From positions 1 through 64,000 of the IMG/VR virus record IMGVR_UViG_3300049740_002954: a stretch of DNA of 64,000 bases; one strand, given 5' to 3'. Position numbers and translations under genes: made by a program. Origin of the DNA: a virus. Of this stretch, positions 1 through 8,082 are shown one piece after another. A model generated the notes under the pieces. That model was not told the DNA's origin, did no database searches, and worked only from the letters and a program-made list of their open reading frames with translations. Position 1 is the stretch's first letter. Each line of letters starts with the position of its first letter.

Positions 1-257
1 ATGCAGAGTATAAAGTTGTAGATATTGATATTGGTAACGGCAATCGTAGTGGCACTGCAAAGCATTTAGTATGTTATTGCGAAAAAACCAAGCGAACATT
101 CAATAGCAACATCAAAGGTTCATTTGATTACCTCAAGGAAATCTATGATAATCGCAAAGATTATATTGGTCAATTAGCAACCATCAAATATTTTCAGCTA
201 ACTCCCGATGGTATTCCTCGCTTTCCTTATGCAATCGCATTTCGGAACTATGAGTGA
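1..257 (+). CDS. ATP-dependent DNA ligase, C-terminal OB-fold (5'-truncated by window edge; absent from ORF track)
   Basis: Frame 3 is open from base 3: AEYKVVDIDIGNGNRSG...DYIGQLATIKYFQLTPDGIPRFPYAIAFRNYE*. This ends in ligase motif VI (GIPRFP..R). Confidence 0.85.
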   Translation, partial: AEYKVVDIDIGNGNRSGTAKHLVCYCEKTKRTFNSNIKGSFDYLKEIYDNRKDYIGQLATIKYFQLTPDGIPRFPYAIAFRNYE

Positions 258-465
258 TAAGTATGATCTTATAAATTGGGATACAAAAGAAACGCTACAA
301 ATCAATATAGACTTATCGAAAGATGATGCCTACCATGCTAACCAAAGGTTTCTCATCAATCAAATTCCCCAAAGATATGTAAAGCAACATATCAAAACAT
401 ATAAAAAACATATATCTTACTATAATATAAAACATATACTTGCAAATATACAAAATAATAAATGA
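250..465 (+). CDS. hypothetical protein
   Basis: ATG at 250 overlaps the ligase stop (MSDKYDL...). Confidence 0.6.
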   Translation: MSDKYDLINWDTKETLQINIDLSKDDAYHANQRFLINQIPQRYVKQHIKTYKKHISYYNIKHILANIQNNK

Positions 466-536
466 TATTATGTATGATAAAATGTATTGAATATTAAAAT
501 ATAGTTATTTACAAAGGGAATTGATTAAAATAGGTA

Positions 537-574
537 GTGGTTAGAAGTGGGGCAAAATGGGGCAAAAGGGGAGT
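537..574 (+). promoter_or_regulatory. four 10-bp-phased GTGG/ATGG/AGGG direct repeats (MraZ-box-like)
   Basis: GTGGTtagaaGTGGGgcaaaATGGGgcaaaAGGGG in an otherwise very AT-rich intergenic region. Confidence 0.45.
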
Positions 575-634
575 GCGAGATTTAAATATATAAAAATATT
601 ATTATAATTAAGAAAAGCTAACAAATAAAAAATT

Positions 635-1057
635 ATGCAAATTACAATAGGAGATTATAGAATAAGAAGATATGATAAATTAAATTTATGTGTTGAAATA
701 AGAAAACAAAAACAAAAAGCCAAAAACCCATACGGACGAAATGGAAAAAAAGGTTCAGCGACAATTGAACAAAATAATTTATCAAATAAAGTTGAATATA
801 AGTATCATTTAATTGGATATTATAGTACATTAGATTATTGTTTAAAATATTTGATAGAACATTGCTTGACAAATAATGAAGAAATAAATAGTATAAAAGA
901 AATAAAACAACAAATAAGTGAATTACATGAAAAAATTAGTGAAATTAGTGCAGAGAATGATCGTGCAATCGAACAAAATATTTTATCAAATAAGCTCGAA
1001 GAAGGGCAAGATGGGGGCAGATCAGCAGAAGAGCTTGCAGATCGATACCTCAAATGA
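635..1057 (+). CDS. phage hypothetical protein (weakly DUF5405-like)
   Basis: 140 aa; ITIGDYRI...IGYYSTLDYCLKYL pattern followed by a coiled coil. Confidence 0.6.
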   Translation: MQITIGDYRIRRYDKLNLCVEIRKQKQKAKNPYGRNGKKGSATIEQNNLSNKVEYKYHLIGYYSTLDYCLKYLIEHCLTNNEEINSIKEIKQQISELHEKISEISAENDRAIEQNILSNKLEEGQDGGRSAEELADRYLK

Positions 1058-1076
1058 GCGAAATTCTCACGGATTT

Positions 1077-1128
1077 CCAAAGATTTACAGATAATTATAA
1101 CATAAGTCATTGATTTATAATAATTTAT
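1077..1128 (+). repeat. partial copy (R0) of the IHF-arm element
   Basis: ATAAGTCATTGA-TTT-ATAATAATTTAT preceded by CCAAAGATTTAC; lacks the CCTAGG core. Confidence 0.45.
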
Positions 1129-1147
1129 ATAATATTATAATTTATTC

Positions 1148-1176
1148 TTGACATTTTCATTATACTAATCTAATAT
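1148..1176 (+). promoter_or_regulatory. sigma70-type promoter, probably leaderless
   Basis: TTGACA-17-TAATAT, ATG 7 nt downstream (1184). Confidence 0.7.
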
Positions 1177-1183
1177 TTAATAC

Positions 1184-1369
1184 ATGAATAAGCAAAATAC
1201 AGGCACTCCACATCCGAAAGTTCGTCCACCTCACAAAAAACCAACACTTTCTAACGAAGAAAGACTAACAATGCTAGAACAAATGGTGCAAAATGCACCA
1301 AATGACAAAACAAAACAAACTATTGAACAACAAATAATTGAATTAAAAAATTTATTAAATAATGAATGA
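1184..1369 (+). CDS. hypothetical protein
   Basis: ORF directly after a promoter. Confidence 0.7.
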   Translation: MNKQNTGTPHPKVRPPHKKPTLSNEERLTMLEQMVQNAPNDKTKQTIEQQIIELKNLLNNE

Positions 1370-1568
1370 TGAATTGCAAAATATAAGTAGCCAAATATGT
1401 AATATCTTCGCAAATAAGATACAATCATTGACAGAAAAGCAAGCAGAACATTTAAATCTATCAAATAATAGTATGAATTTTTATATGCAGTTGCACGATT
1501 ACGATAAAGCAGTATGGAACGCAAGAGAAACCCTACGATACCTCAAGGAAATAACAAAAAATGGATGA
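1362..1568 (+). CDS. hypothetical protein
   Basis: Overlapping-start ORF; similar small helical pattern to the next ORF. Confidence 0.65.
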   Translation: MNDELQNISSQICNIFANKIQSLTEKQAEHLNLSNNSMNFYMQLHDYDKAVWNARETLRYLKEITKNG

Positions 1569-1779
1569 CTTTGACCCCCAAGCAATCAAAATGCTAGAGT
1601 TGAGCGAGTTAATTGTAAATAAAATTTCATTAAATATAAGTAATTTTGATACAGATCAAATAAGCAACCTCGAAACAATGCAAGAGAGCTTAGACTTTCA
1701 TCTTGAGCAAGACAATATAGATAATGCAGTCAATGAAGCAGAACACTTAAACAAATATTTAGACGAAATATGCATGTAA
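1561..1779 (+). CDS. hypothetical acidic protein
   Basis: Overlapping-start ORF. Confidence 0.65.
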   Translation: MDDFDPQAIKMLELSELIVNKISLNISNFDTDQISNLETMQESLDFHLEQDNIDNAVNEAEHLNKYLDEICM

Positions 1780-1970
1780 GAAGAGAAATAGATCATATAT
1801 TAGATAATATGCTAGAAATAATTGCAAAAAATAAAACATCAAATAAACAAAATGATGATGACAAGGCAATGATCGAACATCTTGAACAGACCATCAACCT
1901 CAAAACGGACGATGGCAAGCGAGCAAAAGGAATGTGGACTGATTCGCCCGAATTTAATTATACAAAATAA
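1770..1970 (+). CDS. hypothetical protein
   Basis: ORF in an operon-like run; start uncertain. Confidence 0.55.
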   Translation: MHVRREIDHILDNMLEIIAKNKTSNKQNDDDKAMIEHLEQTINLKTDDGKRAKGMWTDSPEFNYTK

Positions 1971-2078
1971 TGAATGAAATAATAATACATTCTATATTAC
2001 AAATGATAGGAGCATTTAGCGTATTATACTTTATACAAAATCAAACATTAAATATAATCGACTTAATTAAACAAAAAT

Positions 2079-2228
2079 ATGAAGCAAATAAATGTAAATA
2101 AATATATGGTTGGGAAAAAGAAGCTCGGTAAAGGTCAGCATGGATCAAAGGGCGGAATGGGTGTTCCAACAGGGGCATTTGGCGGAAAATCCAAGTTCAA
2201 TAAAAAAAGACTTGACAATAAATCTTGA
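2079..2228 (+). CDS. small basic Gly/Lys-rich protein (49 aa, below track cutoff)
   Basis: MKQINVNKYMVGKKKLGKGQHGSKGGMGVPTGAFGGKSKFNKKRLDNKS. Confidence 0.55.
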   Translation: MKQINVNKYMVGKKKLGKGQHGSKGGMGVPTGAFGGKSKFNKKRLDNKS

Positions 2229-2239
2229 TTTGCTATACT
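2212..2239 (+). promoter_or_regulatory. sigma70-type promoter with extended -10, probably leaderless
   Basis: TTGACA-16-TATACT with TG upstream; ATG at 2247. Confidence 0.8.
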
Positions 2240-2246
2240 AGAGGGT

Positions 2247-2486
2247 ATGAACTATTGCGAAACAGAACACGAACAGATTGACTATCAAGCTCAACTCGTT
2301 AAGGAGCGAGATATGAACCCATGCGACATACATTGGGCTAAGTATCTATTACATGATGACGCAAGCCCAAGTGAGTCACCTCTTTATTTTAGAACGCTCA
2401 AGGGAGCATATACATGGGCACAAAACACAAATGATTTCGCACATGGCGAATGGAGTGTTTACGAAGTGGGTGGAAAGGTTTTATAA
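2247..2486 (+). CDS. hypothetical protein
   Basis: ORF directly after a promoter. Confidence 0.75.
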   Translation: MNYCETEHEQIDYQAQLVKERDMNPCDIHWAKYLLHDDASPSESPLYFRTLKGAYTWAQNTNDFAHGEWSVYEVGGKVL

Positions 2487-2493
2487 AAAAGGC

Positions 2494-2521
2494 TTGACAA
2501 ATCTGAATAGTCTGTCATAAT
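2494..2521 (+). promoter_or_regulatory. sigma70-type promoter
   Basis: TTGACA-16-CATAAT with extended -10 TG. Confidence 0.75.
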
Positions 2522-2554
2522 AGAATACATCAACCATTAATTGCTTAAAAAATT

Positions 2555-2731
2555 ATGATTAAAATACAAATTGAAGATTACTACGGAAATGATTTATGTA
2601 GCTTTGTCGCCAATCCTTTTGACGAAGAGAATGTTATTAGTGCATTTGGCAAGTTTGACGGATGCGATATTGCTGATCTTGATGAAGAAGATGGCATGAG
2701 TATTGTCCGTGTTCAACTTAACTATAAATAA
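2555..2731 (+). CDS. small acidic hypothetical protein (58 aa, below track cutoff)
   Basis: MIKIQIEDYYGNDLCSFVANPFDEENV...VQLNYK. Confidence 0.65.
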   Translation: MIKIQIEDYYGNDLCSFVANPFDEENVISAFGKFDGCDIADLDEEDGMSIVRVQLNYK

Positions 2732-2745
2732 AAAAAGATAAAATT

Positions 2746-2970
2746 ATGAGTATTGCAAAAAACGCTAGAGCATCACAAGTTATGAGTGACATTAAGAACG
2801 GCAAACACACTCCTGTCAATAAACAGGGCAAGTTTGCGAATTACGGATCAATCCCCGAAGATAGTATCTATTATTCTACTATTTTGGCACAGAAAGCAGA
2901 CGCTGAACGCTTGGCGAGGATCGAGCGTAGTAAAGCGAGACTTGGTAGAAGATCATTTTTTGCATGGTAA
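2746..2970 (+). CDS. hypothetical protein
   Basis: AAATTATG start context typical of this genome. Confidence 0.7.
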   Translation: MSIAKNARASQVMSDIKNGKHTPVNKQGKFANYGSIPEDSIYYSTILAQKADAERLARIERSKARLGRRSFFAW

Positions 2971-3056
2971 AAGATGCAAATTTTGAGTTTCACATACTTA
3001 ATACAATAAATTATTAAATACAATATCATTTTGCATGATAAAACAAGCTAAACAAT

Positions 3057-3296
3057 ATGATTGAATCACTATCTCCTAATGTGTCAATGTTTGCAACAGA
3101 GCAAGAGCTTCGTAATGAGTTAACCACAAAAGAATATGTTTATGTTAAACTCGCGAAGTTAGACGAATTCGTTCAAGATTTGTATCACTGCACACAATAT
3201 CCAAATAACAAAGTAGTTGATGCAAATAATACAATCAAATACATTAAACAAATACAAGAAGACTTATTAAGAGTAAACCGAAATAATTGCAAATAA
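3057..3296 (+). CDS. hypothetical protein
   Basis: 79-aa ORF on the local coding strand. Confidence 0.6.
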   Translation: MIESLSPNVSMFATEQELRNELTTKEYVYVKLAKLDEFVQDLYHCTQYPNNKVVDANNTIKYIKQIQEDLLRVNRNNCK

Positions 3297-3431
3297 AATA
3301 TGATTGAATCAAAAGACATTGTACTACAAATAAGAAAATTATTAGAAGATAAATTAGACTTAAAAATAAAAGATCATGGCTTATGGAGAATACAATGTTT
3401 AATACATGATGAAATAAAAGAAAAAAAAGAG

Positions 3432-3460
3432 TTGACAAATAATAAAGTATAGAGTATAAT
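3432..3460 (+). promoter_or_regulatory. perfect-consensus sigma70 promoter
   Basis: TTGACA-17-TATAAT preceded by an A-tract (UP-element-like). Confidence 0.9.
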
Positions 3461-3466
3461 AGAAGC

Positions 3467-3796
3467 ATAATAAGTTGAGAAACAAACTCAAATAAATCAA
3501 ATAAATTGATCTTTAACATTTTTTAGAATTTGGAAGTTCTCGACGGAGACTTCCTGTGGGTGACTGAATAAGCTCGTCGTGAGCGAGCTAAGGTACGCGA
3601 TTCTCTGTGGTGGAGTGCTAATGGGCAAATGTCTGAGGCAGGACAATACCAAGTCTAATCGTTGTAGGAAGTAGGTACTCAATGAACTGCTGTTCACGCC
3701 GAAAACTTGAGGGTATACAGGAATCCCTCCCCACTTCAATTTCTTAATCATATCCCTAGCCCACCCAAGTCCTACCCCTTGGGTGGGCTTTTTTAT
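3467..3796 (+). ncRNA. candidate structured ncRNA (~330 nt transcript, structured core 3532-3734) with boxB/boxA-like leader
   Basis: No + strand ORF between the consensus promoter and the terminator; GC-richer than its flanks; at least 7 helices can be drawn; TGATCTTTAACA at 3507-3518. Confidence 0.7.
3758..3796 (+). terminator. intrinsic terminator
   Basis: AGCCCACCCAAG-loop-CTTGGGTGGGCT followed by a T-tract. Confidence 0.85.
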
Positions 3797-3798
3797 GG

Positions 3799-3827
3799 TT
3801 GACAGATCAATCGATATCATTCATACT
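3799..3827 (+). promoter_or_regulatory. sigma70-type promoter, probably leaderless
   Basis: TTGACA-17-CATACT; ATG at 3834. Confidence 0.7.
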
Positions 3828-3833
3828 AGTATC

Positions 3834-4088
3834 ATGAAGACATTAAAAGACATACTTGCTAACTACGGATACATCAACTCAGCTCAACTCGCAGAAATTG
3901 CCGAGCATTTTCCACACATGAAAGTTGTTATTAAATGGGGTGGACTACCTCGCGATCGACTTCCTGCTTTTCAAGCTGTTGAAACGATCGAGCGAGTCGA
4001 ACGAGAAAATTTAGATTATTGCAGAGAAGTATTTCTTTGTGGTCAAGATTGCGACAATCTTCGCACAGCACTTCACATTGCATCCTAA
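3834..4088 (+). CDS. hypothetical protein
   Basis: Start moved to MKTLKDIL after the promoter. Confidence 0.7.
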   Translation: MKTLKDILANYGYINSAQLAEIAEHFPHMKVVIKWGGLPRDRLPAFQAVETIERVERENLDYCREVFLCGQDCDNLRTALHIAS

Positions 4089-4106
4089 CCTCAAACAAAA
4101 AAAGAT

Positions 4107-4682
4107 ATGATTAACCCAGCAGAAGTAACAAATTACAATAGAACACAATACGAATTAGAAGAATTTATTCTATTTTGTATTAATGTTGCAGGAAAGAAAA
4201 GTTCAATCGAAGCACCTAAATTAGAAGTGTTTATAGAGAGAGCAAAAAACATAACAAAAGAAACAACACCATTTAATTGTATAAGAAAATTAATTGAGTT
4301 GGGCCGGCTGCAAGAGATCATGCATTGGGCTAAGCTAAGTCCGTATGCCCAGCGATACAATTCTTATGTTTCTGTAGTTGCAATCAATGACCTCCAGACA
4401 GTTACCCTGAATCGCTTACTGCAGGTTCCTGGCGTAGGTCTCAAAACTGCCAGGTTTTTCTTGTCGCATTCACGAGAAGACTTTGACGAACCAATGCTGG
4501 ACACACATATCTTACGGTTCCTTCGCGATCAAGGATACAAGGACGCACCGAAAAGCACGCCTTCAAATGTAGGTATCTACAACTATTACGCCAATGTATT
4601 CAAGATGTTCGCTCGAACTCTAGGCAAATCAGTCACTGATCTTGATCTTGAAATTTGGAAGAAGTACTCGGGTACTGCATAA
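4107..4682 (+). CDS. HhH-GPD DNA glycosylase/AP lyase (8-oxoguanine glycosylase-like)
   Basis: HhH motif LLQVPGVGLKTARFFL with catalytic Lys; PMLDTHILRFL with catalytic Asp. Confidence 0.8.
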   Translation: MINPAEVTNYNRTQYELEEFILFCINVAGKKSSIEAPKLEVFIERAKNITKETTPFNCIRKLIELGRLQEIMHWAKLSPYAQRYNSYVSVVAINDLQTVTLNRLLQVPGVGLKTARFFLSHSREDFDEPMLDTHILRFLRDQGYKDAPKSTPSNVGIYNYYANVFKMFARTLGKSVTDLDLEIWKKYSGTA

Positions 4683-4690
4683 AAAATTTT

Positions 4691-4768
4691 ATGGAAGTAA
4701 CAACAATAATAATAATCAGTAGTATCGTGGGCATCGTAAGACTAATCAGAGACGCTCGCGACTGGTGA
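4691..4768 (+). CDS. small single-TM peptide (25 aa)
   Basis: MEVTTIIIISSIVGIVRLIRDARDW; paralog at 10577-10663. Confidence 0.65.
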   Translation: MEVTTIIIISSIVGIVRLIRDARDW

Positions 4769-4781
4769 AAATTCCAAACGA

Positions 4782-4855
4782 CAAATAACCAAATAACAAA
4801 TAACATCTATTCAAATAATGAGTTAGCCAAATACAAAATACAAATACCCAAATAA
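4782..4855 (+). repeat. CAAATA tract
   Basis: About 8 CAAATA-like units at irregular spacing. Confidence 0.8.
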
Positions 4856-4905
4856 GGTATAGAAAAATAAAATTTATAAAATTAGAAGAAAAAGTCAATT
4901 ATAAT

Positions 4906-4982
4906 GTAAGTGATTGAATAAGAACGAGTTGTGGCACGCGCCCTGGGTTATTATCATAAGTCGTTATAATTCAAAGAGTTAT
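4906..4982 (+). repeat. 77-bp IHF-arm element R1 (divergent core)
   Basis: GTAAGTGATTGA-3-AGAACGAGTTGT / 23 bp / ATAAGTCGTTAT-3-TCAAAGAGTTAT. Confidence 0.7.
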
Positions 4983-5011
4983 GTGTTATATAAATTTTTT
5001 GAAAAAAAGTG

Positions 5012-5039
5012 TTGACACATGCTAAGAATCTGTCATACT
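5012..5039 (+). promoter_or_regulatory. sigma70-type promoter, probably leaderless
   Basis: AAAAAAAGTG-TTGACA-16-CATACT; ATG at 5046. Confidence 0.8.
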
Positions 5040-5045
5040 ATAGGA

Positions 5046-5444
5046 ATGATTAGGGCAAAGCCGAACGACAAAAAGTATGAGATTAACTTTAATCAGCCTG
5101 TCTACGCTTACAAAAACCTTCATAAAGATTGTTGGAGTATTCGTCAAGATGGATTAGTTAAGGCTCACACAAAAGAACTTTCTATGCACAGTTGCGTATT
5201 CAAGGTGAGCAAGCACGGAAGAGCAAGAGTGCTAAAAGAAAAACGCAAAAATGTTCATGCAGGTATTGAGGGCTACATTGAGCCGTGGTTTATGGGTAAA
5301 TGGATTGATTCGCATCCAACGGCTCGACCTGTCACTTACAATCCATACAAGTATAAGAATTTTGTTGACAAAGACACCGAGCAAATGGTAGACTATGCTA
5401 TTGCCGTAAGATTAGAACCTAAACAAGTATTAGCAGTATTATGA
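5046..5444 (+). CDS. conserved phage hypothetical protein
   Basis: YKNLH..CWSIR...GRARVLKEKRKNVHAG...VTYNPYK motifs recalled from a widespread phage family. Confidence 0.75.
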   Translation: MIRAKPNDKKYEINFNQPVYAYKNLHKDCWSIRQDGLVKAHTKELSMHSCVFKVSKHGRARVLKEKRKNVHAGIEGYIEPWFMGKWIDSHPTARPVTYNPYKYKNFVDKDTEQMVDYAIAVRLEPKQVLAVL

Positions 5445-5674
5445 CACAAGCAAAAATCAGAGAAGACATTCTAAGCATAGTTCGAGGTAATCTTGCATGG
5501 GCGGATCCAATGTCCAAAGTATGCTTAGATCAACACGAATTGCATCCAAAAAAGTTTCCGATTGGCTCAACTTTTCAATCAGCCGAAGAAGTATTAGACG
5601 ACATCATTTGTGACTTGACATCTTTACGAGATGAGATTAGAATAGACTCATCTTTTCAATCAGCTCAACTCTAA
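5441..5674 (+). CDS. hypothetical protein
   Basis: ATGA overlap with the upstream gene. Confidence 0.7.
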   Translation: MTQAKIREDILSIVRGNLAWADPMSKVCLDQHELHPKKFPIGSTFQSAEEVLDDIICDLTSLRDEIRIDSSFQSAQL

Positions 5675-5687
5675 CAAAAGGAAAATT

Positions 5688-6113
5688 ATGGGATTAGATC
5701 AATACGCATACGCACGACCACCACGCAAACGGAATTCAGATGATGATGAAAATTTGTGCGAGTGGAGAAAACACAATCGACTACAAGGATACATGGAAAG
5801 CGTTTGGGAAAGCAAAGGTTGCCCAAACAGAAAAGTTGATGATGATGGAGAGATTATTGAAGACTTTAATTGTGTCGAGCTGCAACTAACAAGTTCAGAC
5901 ATTGATGAACTCGAATACGCAATCGACAATTTTGAATTGCCCGAATCAAATGGATTCTTTTGGGGTTCTGATTCTTACTTTTGGCACGATGAAGATGGAA
6001 AACCTTTTCCTGAAAACGAATACTATTACAAAGAACAAGACTTAAATTTTATTTCGGAAGCAAGAAAAATGTTTGACAAAGGTTATCGCATTTACTATAC
6101 TTGTTGGTATTGA
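5688..6113 (+). CDS. conserved phage protein (MGLD..Y / WRK family)
   Basis: MGLDQYAY...WRKHNRL...FNC...GFFWG...IYYTCWY. Confidence 0.8.
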   Translation: MGLDQYAYARPPRKRNSDDDENLCEWRKHNRLQGYMESVWESKGCPNRKVDDDGEIIEDFNCVELQLTSSDIDELEYAIDNFELPESNGFFWGSDSYFWHDEDGKPFPENEYYYKEQDLNFISEARKMFDKGYRIYYTCWY

Positions 6114-6115
6114 TT

Positions 6116-6316
6116 ATGGAAGAATTGCAAAACACTATTAACGATCTGCAAGCTCGACTAGCAATAGTTGGAGGAGGCAGGATCATCATTACTAGCGACC
6201 ATGTTTCGGTTCGTCTCGGAAAAGAGCATGAATACTTTGAGGTTCAAGAACAAAGTTCTTTTGACTCGCCAACCGAACCCGATGTTGAAATGTTCAAAAC
6301 CATGTATAATTACTAA
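6116..6316 (+). CDS. hypothetical protein
   Basis: ATG 2 nt after the upstream stop. Confidence 0.65.
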   Translation: MEELQNTINDLQARLAIVGGGRIIITSDHVSVRLGKEHEYFEVQEQSSFDSPTEPDVEMFKTMYNY

Positions 6317-6317
6317 A

Positions 6318-6533
6318 ATGGAAAATCAAAGCTACATTGAAGCAGTTTGCGAAGGCAAGCCATTAGAAAAGCCATCATACGATCAAGATTCAGATACTTG
6401 GAGCGTATGGTTTGAGGAGTCGGATACTCCTTATCATCCTTATTTTCACAGGGATTTAATCGAGGTTCAATTTGAATCTCAAACGGAAGCAGAGAGTGCT
6501 TATCACCACTATTCACAATCAAACGAAGGGTAG
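6318..6533 (+). CDS. hypothetical acidic protein
   Basis: Start moved to MENQSYIE, 1 nt after the upstream stop. Confidence 0.65.
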   Translation: MENQSYIEAVCEGKPLEKPSYDQDSDTWSVWFEESDTPYHPYFHRDLIEVQFESQTEAESAYHHYSQSNEG

Positions 6534-6535
6534 TT

Positions 6536-6700
6536 ATGAATAATTCTAAAATAGAAAAATTGCGTCAGCAAGTTCGTGAGATGGGTCACAATCTAGCAAT
6601 CATTGAGAAGCGTGGATTGCGTGGCAAGGATCATGTGGCGAAGAAAATCGCACACAATCTTTTGTTAGATCAGCTTTACGAGTTAGAGAAAAGAGTCTGA
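6536..6700 (+). CDS. small hypothetical protein (54 aa, below track cutoff)
   Basis: MNNSKIEKLRQQVREMGHNLAIIEKRG...ELEKRV. Confidence 0.6.
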   Translation: MNNSKIEKLRQQVREMGHNLAIIEKRGLRGKDHVAKKIAHNLLLDQLYELEKRV

Positions 6701-6725
6701 GTGATGTTATGGGGCTCTTCGGGTC

Positions 6726-6802
6726 GAATCCCGTTGAGCCCCAACGACTTACAAAACAGCCCTAGTCCGTGTGCCGGAACTCATTGATAGATAAGCATTT
6801 AC
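6726..6802 (+). repeat. 77-bp IHF-arm element R2
   Basis: GAATCCCGTTGA-3-CCAACGACTTAC / AAAACAGCCCTAGTCCGTGTGCC / GGAACTCATTGA-3-ATAAGCATTTAC. Confidence 0.8.
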
Positions 6803-6831
6803 AACTATTTTCATTTTATGCAAAAAAAGTG

Positions 6832-6964
6832 TTGACTCACCGGTATTTTCTGTCATACTAGTATTTATCAAGACGATAACCGCAAACAAAAAAAATTAGT
6901 CGAAACAAAAAAAACTTAATTGAAGAAAAAAAAGCTTGACAGATTAGACTAAATTTAGTACAAT
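6832..6964 (+). promoter_or_regulatory. two tandem sigma70-type promoters
   Basis: TTGACT-16-CATACT (6832-6859) and TTGACA-17-TACAAT (6936-6964), each with an upstream A-tract. Confidence 0.75.
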
Positions 6965-7002
6965 TAACTCATCAAAGACAATAACTCACAAAGCTAAAAA
7001 TT

Positions 7003-7755
7003 ATGACAAATAGAATTAACCTCTCAGTATGTGCCACTAAAGAATCTTCTTTCGAAGACATCAAAGGAGTCAAGACTCCCGAAGCTACTGATTCTTGGCA
7101 ACCAATCGGTCACGCTTTCCTTGTTGATCGCGTTCAAAAACAAATGCAAGACAATGGTTGGGAAATCGTTGACACTTACCATTCTCTTCATCGCTTCGGT
7201 CAACGCTACTTCGGACTCTTTCATGTTAAGAATACAGGTCAAGACAATGACGAGCGAGGCACAATCGTTGGACTTCGTAACTCTCACGACAAATGCTTTC
7301 CTGCAGGACTTTGCATGGGCAACGCTCCATTTGTTTGTTCAAACCTTATCTTCACTAATGAGGTTGTGCTTGCTCGCAGACACACAAAGAACATCTTGAA
7401 TGATCTTTCACAAGTAATCGCTCGCACTCTCGGCAAAATGACTGAGACATGGGCAAGTGATGAGCAACGCATTCAAGCATACAAAGAGCATGAACTCGGC
7501 AACGAGCAAGCTCATGATCTTGTAATCCGTGCATACCAAAACGGAGCAATTCCAAAAGCAAAAATTGCTGATGTCGTTGAGCAATGGCATAAACCCGAAC
7601 ATGATGACTTCTCACCTCGTACCATGCACTCATTGTACAATGGTTTCACTCACATTCTCAAAGGTGGAATCACCGCTTTACCAAATCGTTCACTCGCATT
7701 GCATGGTGTTCTTGACTCGGAAGTCGGCTTGACTTCTCAAGTTGCAGTTTCTTAA
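7003..7755 (+). CDS. DUF932-family protein
   Basis: GLRNSHDK...FVCSNL...RRHT, plus a T.HSLYNGFT C-terminal motif. Confidence 0.8.
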   Translation: MTNRINLSVCATKESSFEDIKGVKTPEATDSWQPIGHAFLVDRVQKQMQDNGWEIVDTYHSLHRFGQRYFGLFHVKNTGQDNDERGTIVGLRNSHDKCFPAGLCMGNAPFVCSNLIFTNEVVLARRHTKNILNDLSQVIARTLGKMTETWASDEQRIQAYKEHELGNEQAHDLVIRAYQNGAIPKAKIADVVEQWHKPEHDDFSPRTMHSLYNGFTHILKGGITALPNRSLALHGVLDSEVGLTSQVAVS

Positions 7756-7800
7756 TCATAACTAAACCTAAACCCAAACATTAACAACTATAATACTATT

Positions 7801-8031
7801 ATGAAAACACAGCCAAAACTACAAAATGTCGTTGATTCTCTCAAAGGTCGTTTCACCTCTCTTCTCGTCAAAAAAGGCGAGCAAAGAAAAGTGTTCTCCG
7901 CCAAGATTACAGGAGTGACTTCTCGCCATGTGATGTTCAAGGATACTAACGGAGGCAATCGTCGAGTCAATCGTCGCCATGTCCTTCGAGCCACTTGTGC
8001 TGACAAGACTTTTAAGAGGTCGGTGAGTTAG
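7801..8031 (+). CDS. small basic Sm/SH3-like beta-barrel protein
   Basis: 76 aa, beta-rich and basic. Confidence 0.65.
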   Translation: MKTQPKLQNVVDSLKGRFTSLLVKKGEQRKVFSAKITGVTSRHVMFKDTNGGNRRVNRRHVLRATCADKTFKRSVS

Positions 8032-8054
8032 TGATAAGCTCCAAGCGAGCAACT

Positions 8055-8082
8055 GAGCCCCCCATTTTGGGGGGCTTTTTTT
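8055..8082 (+). terminator. intrinsic terminator
   Basis: AGCCCCCCA-loop-TGGGGGGCT followed by a T-tract. Confidence 0.85.

Noticed and set aside
547-572. G-quadruplex
   Set aside because: Only three GGGG tracts; the 10-bp phasing fits a protein-binding array better.
3532-3734. tRNA or tmRNA
   Set aside because: No cloverleaf, no TTCRA T-loop and no tag ORF. I found no tRNA by eye anywhere in the window.
3497-3820. 107-aa minus-strand ORF
   Set aside because: Antisense to the promoter-terminator unit and runs through the terminator; better explained as the shadow of a GC-richer RNA.
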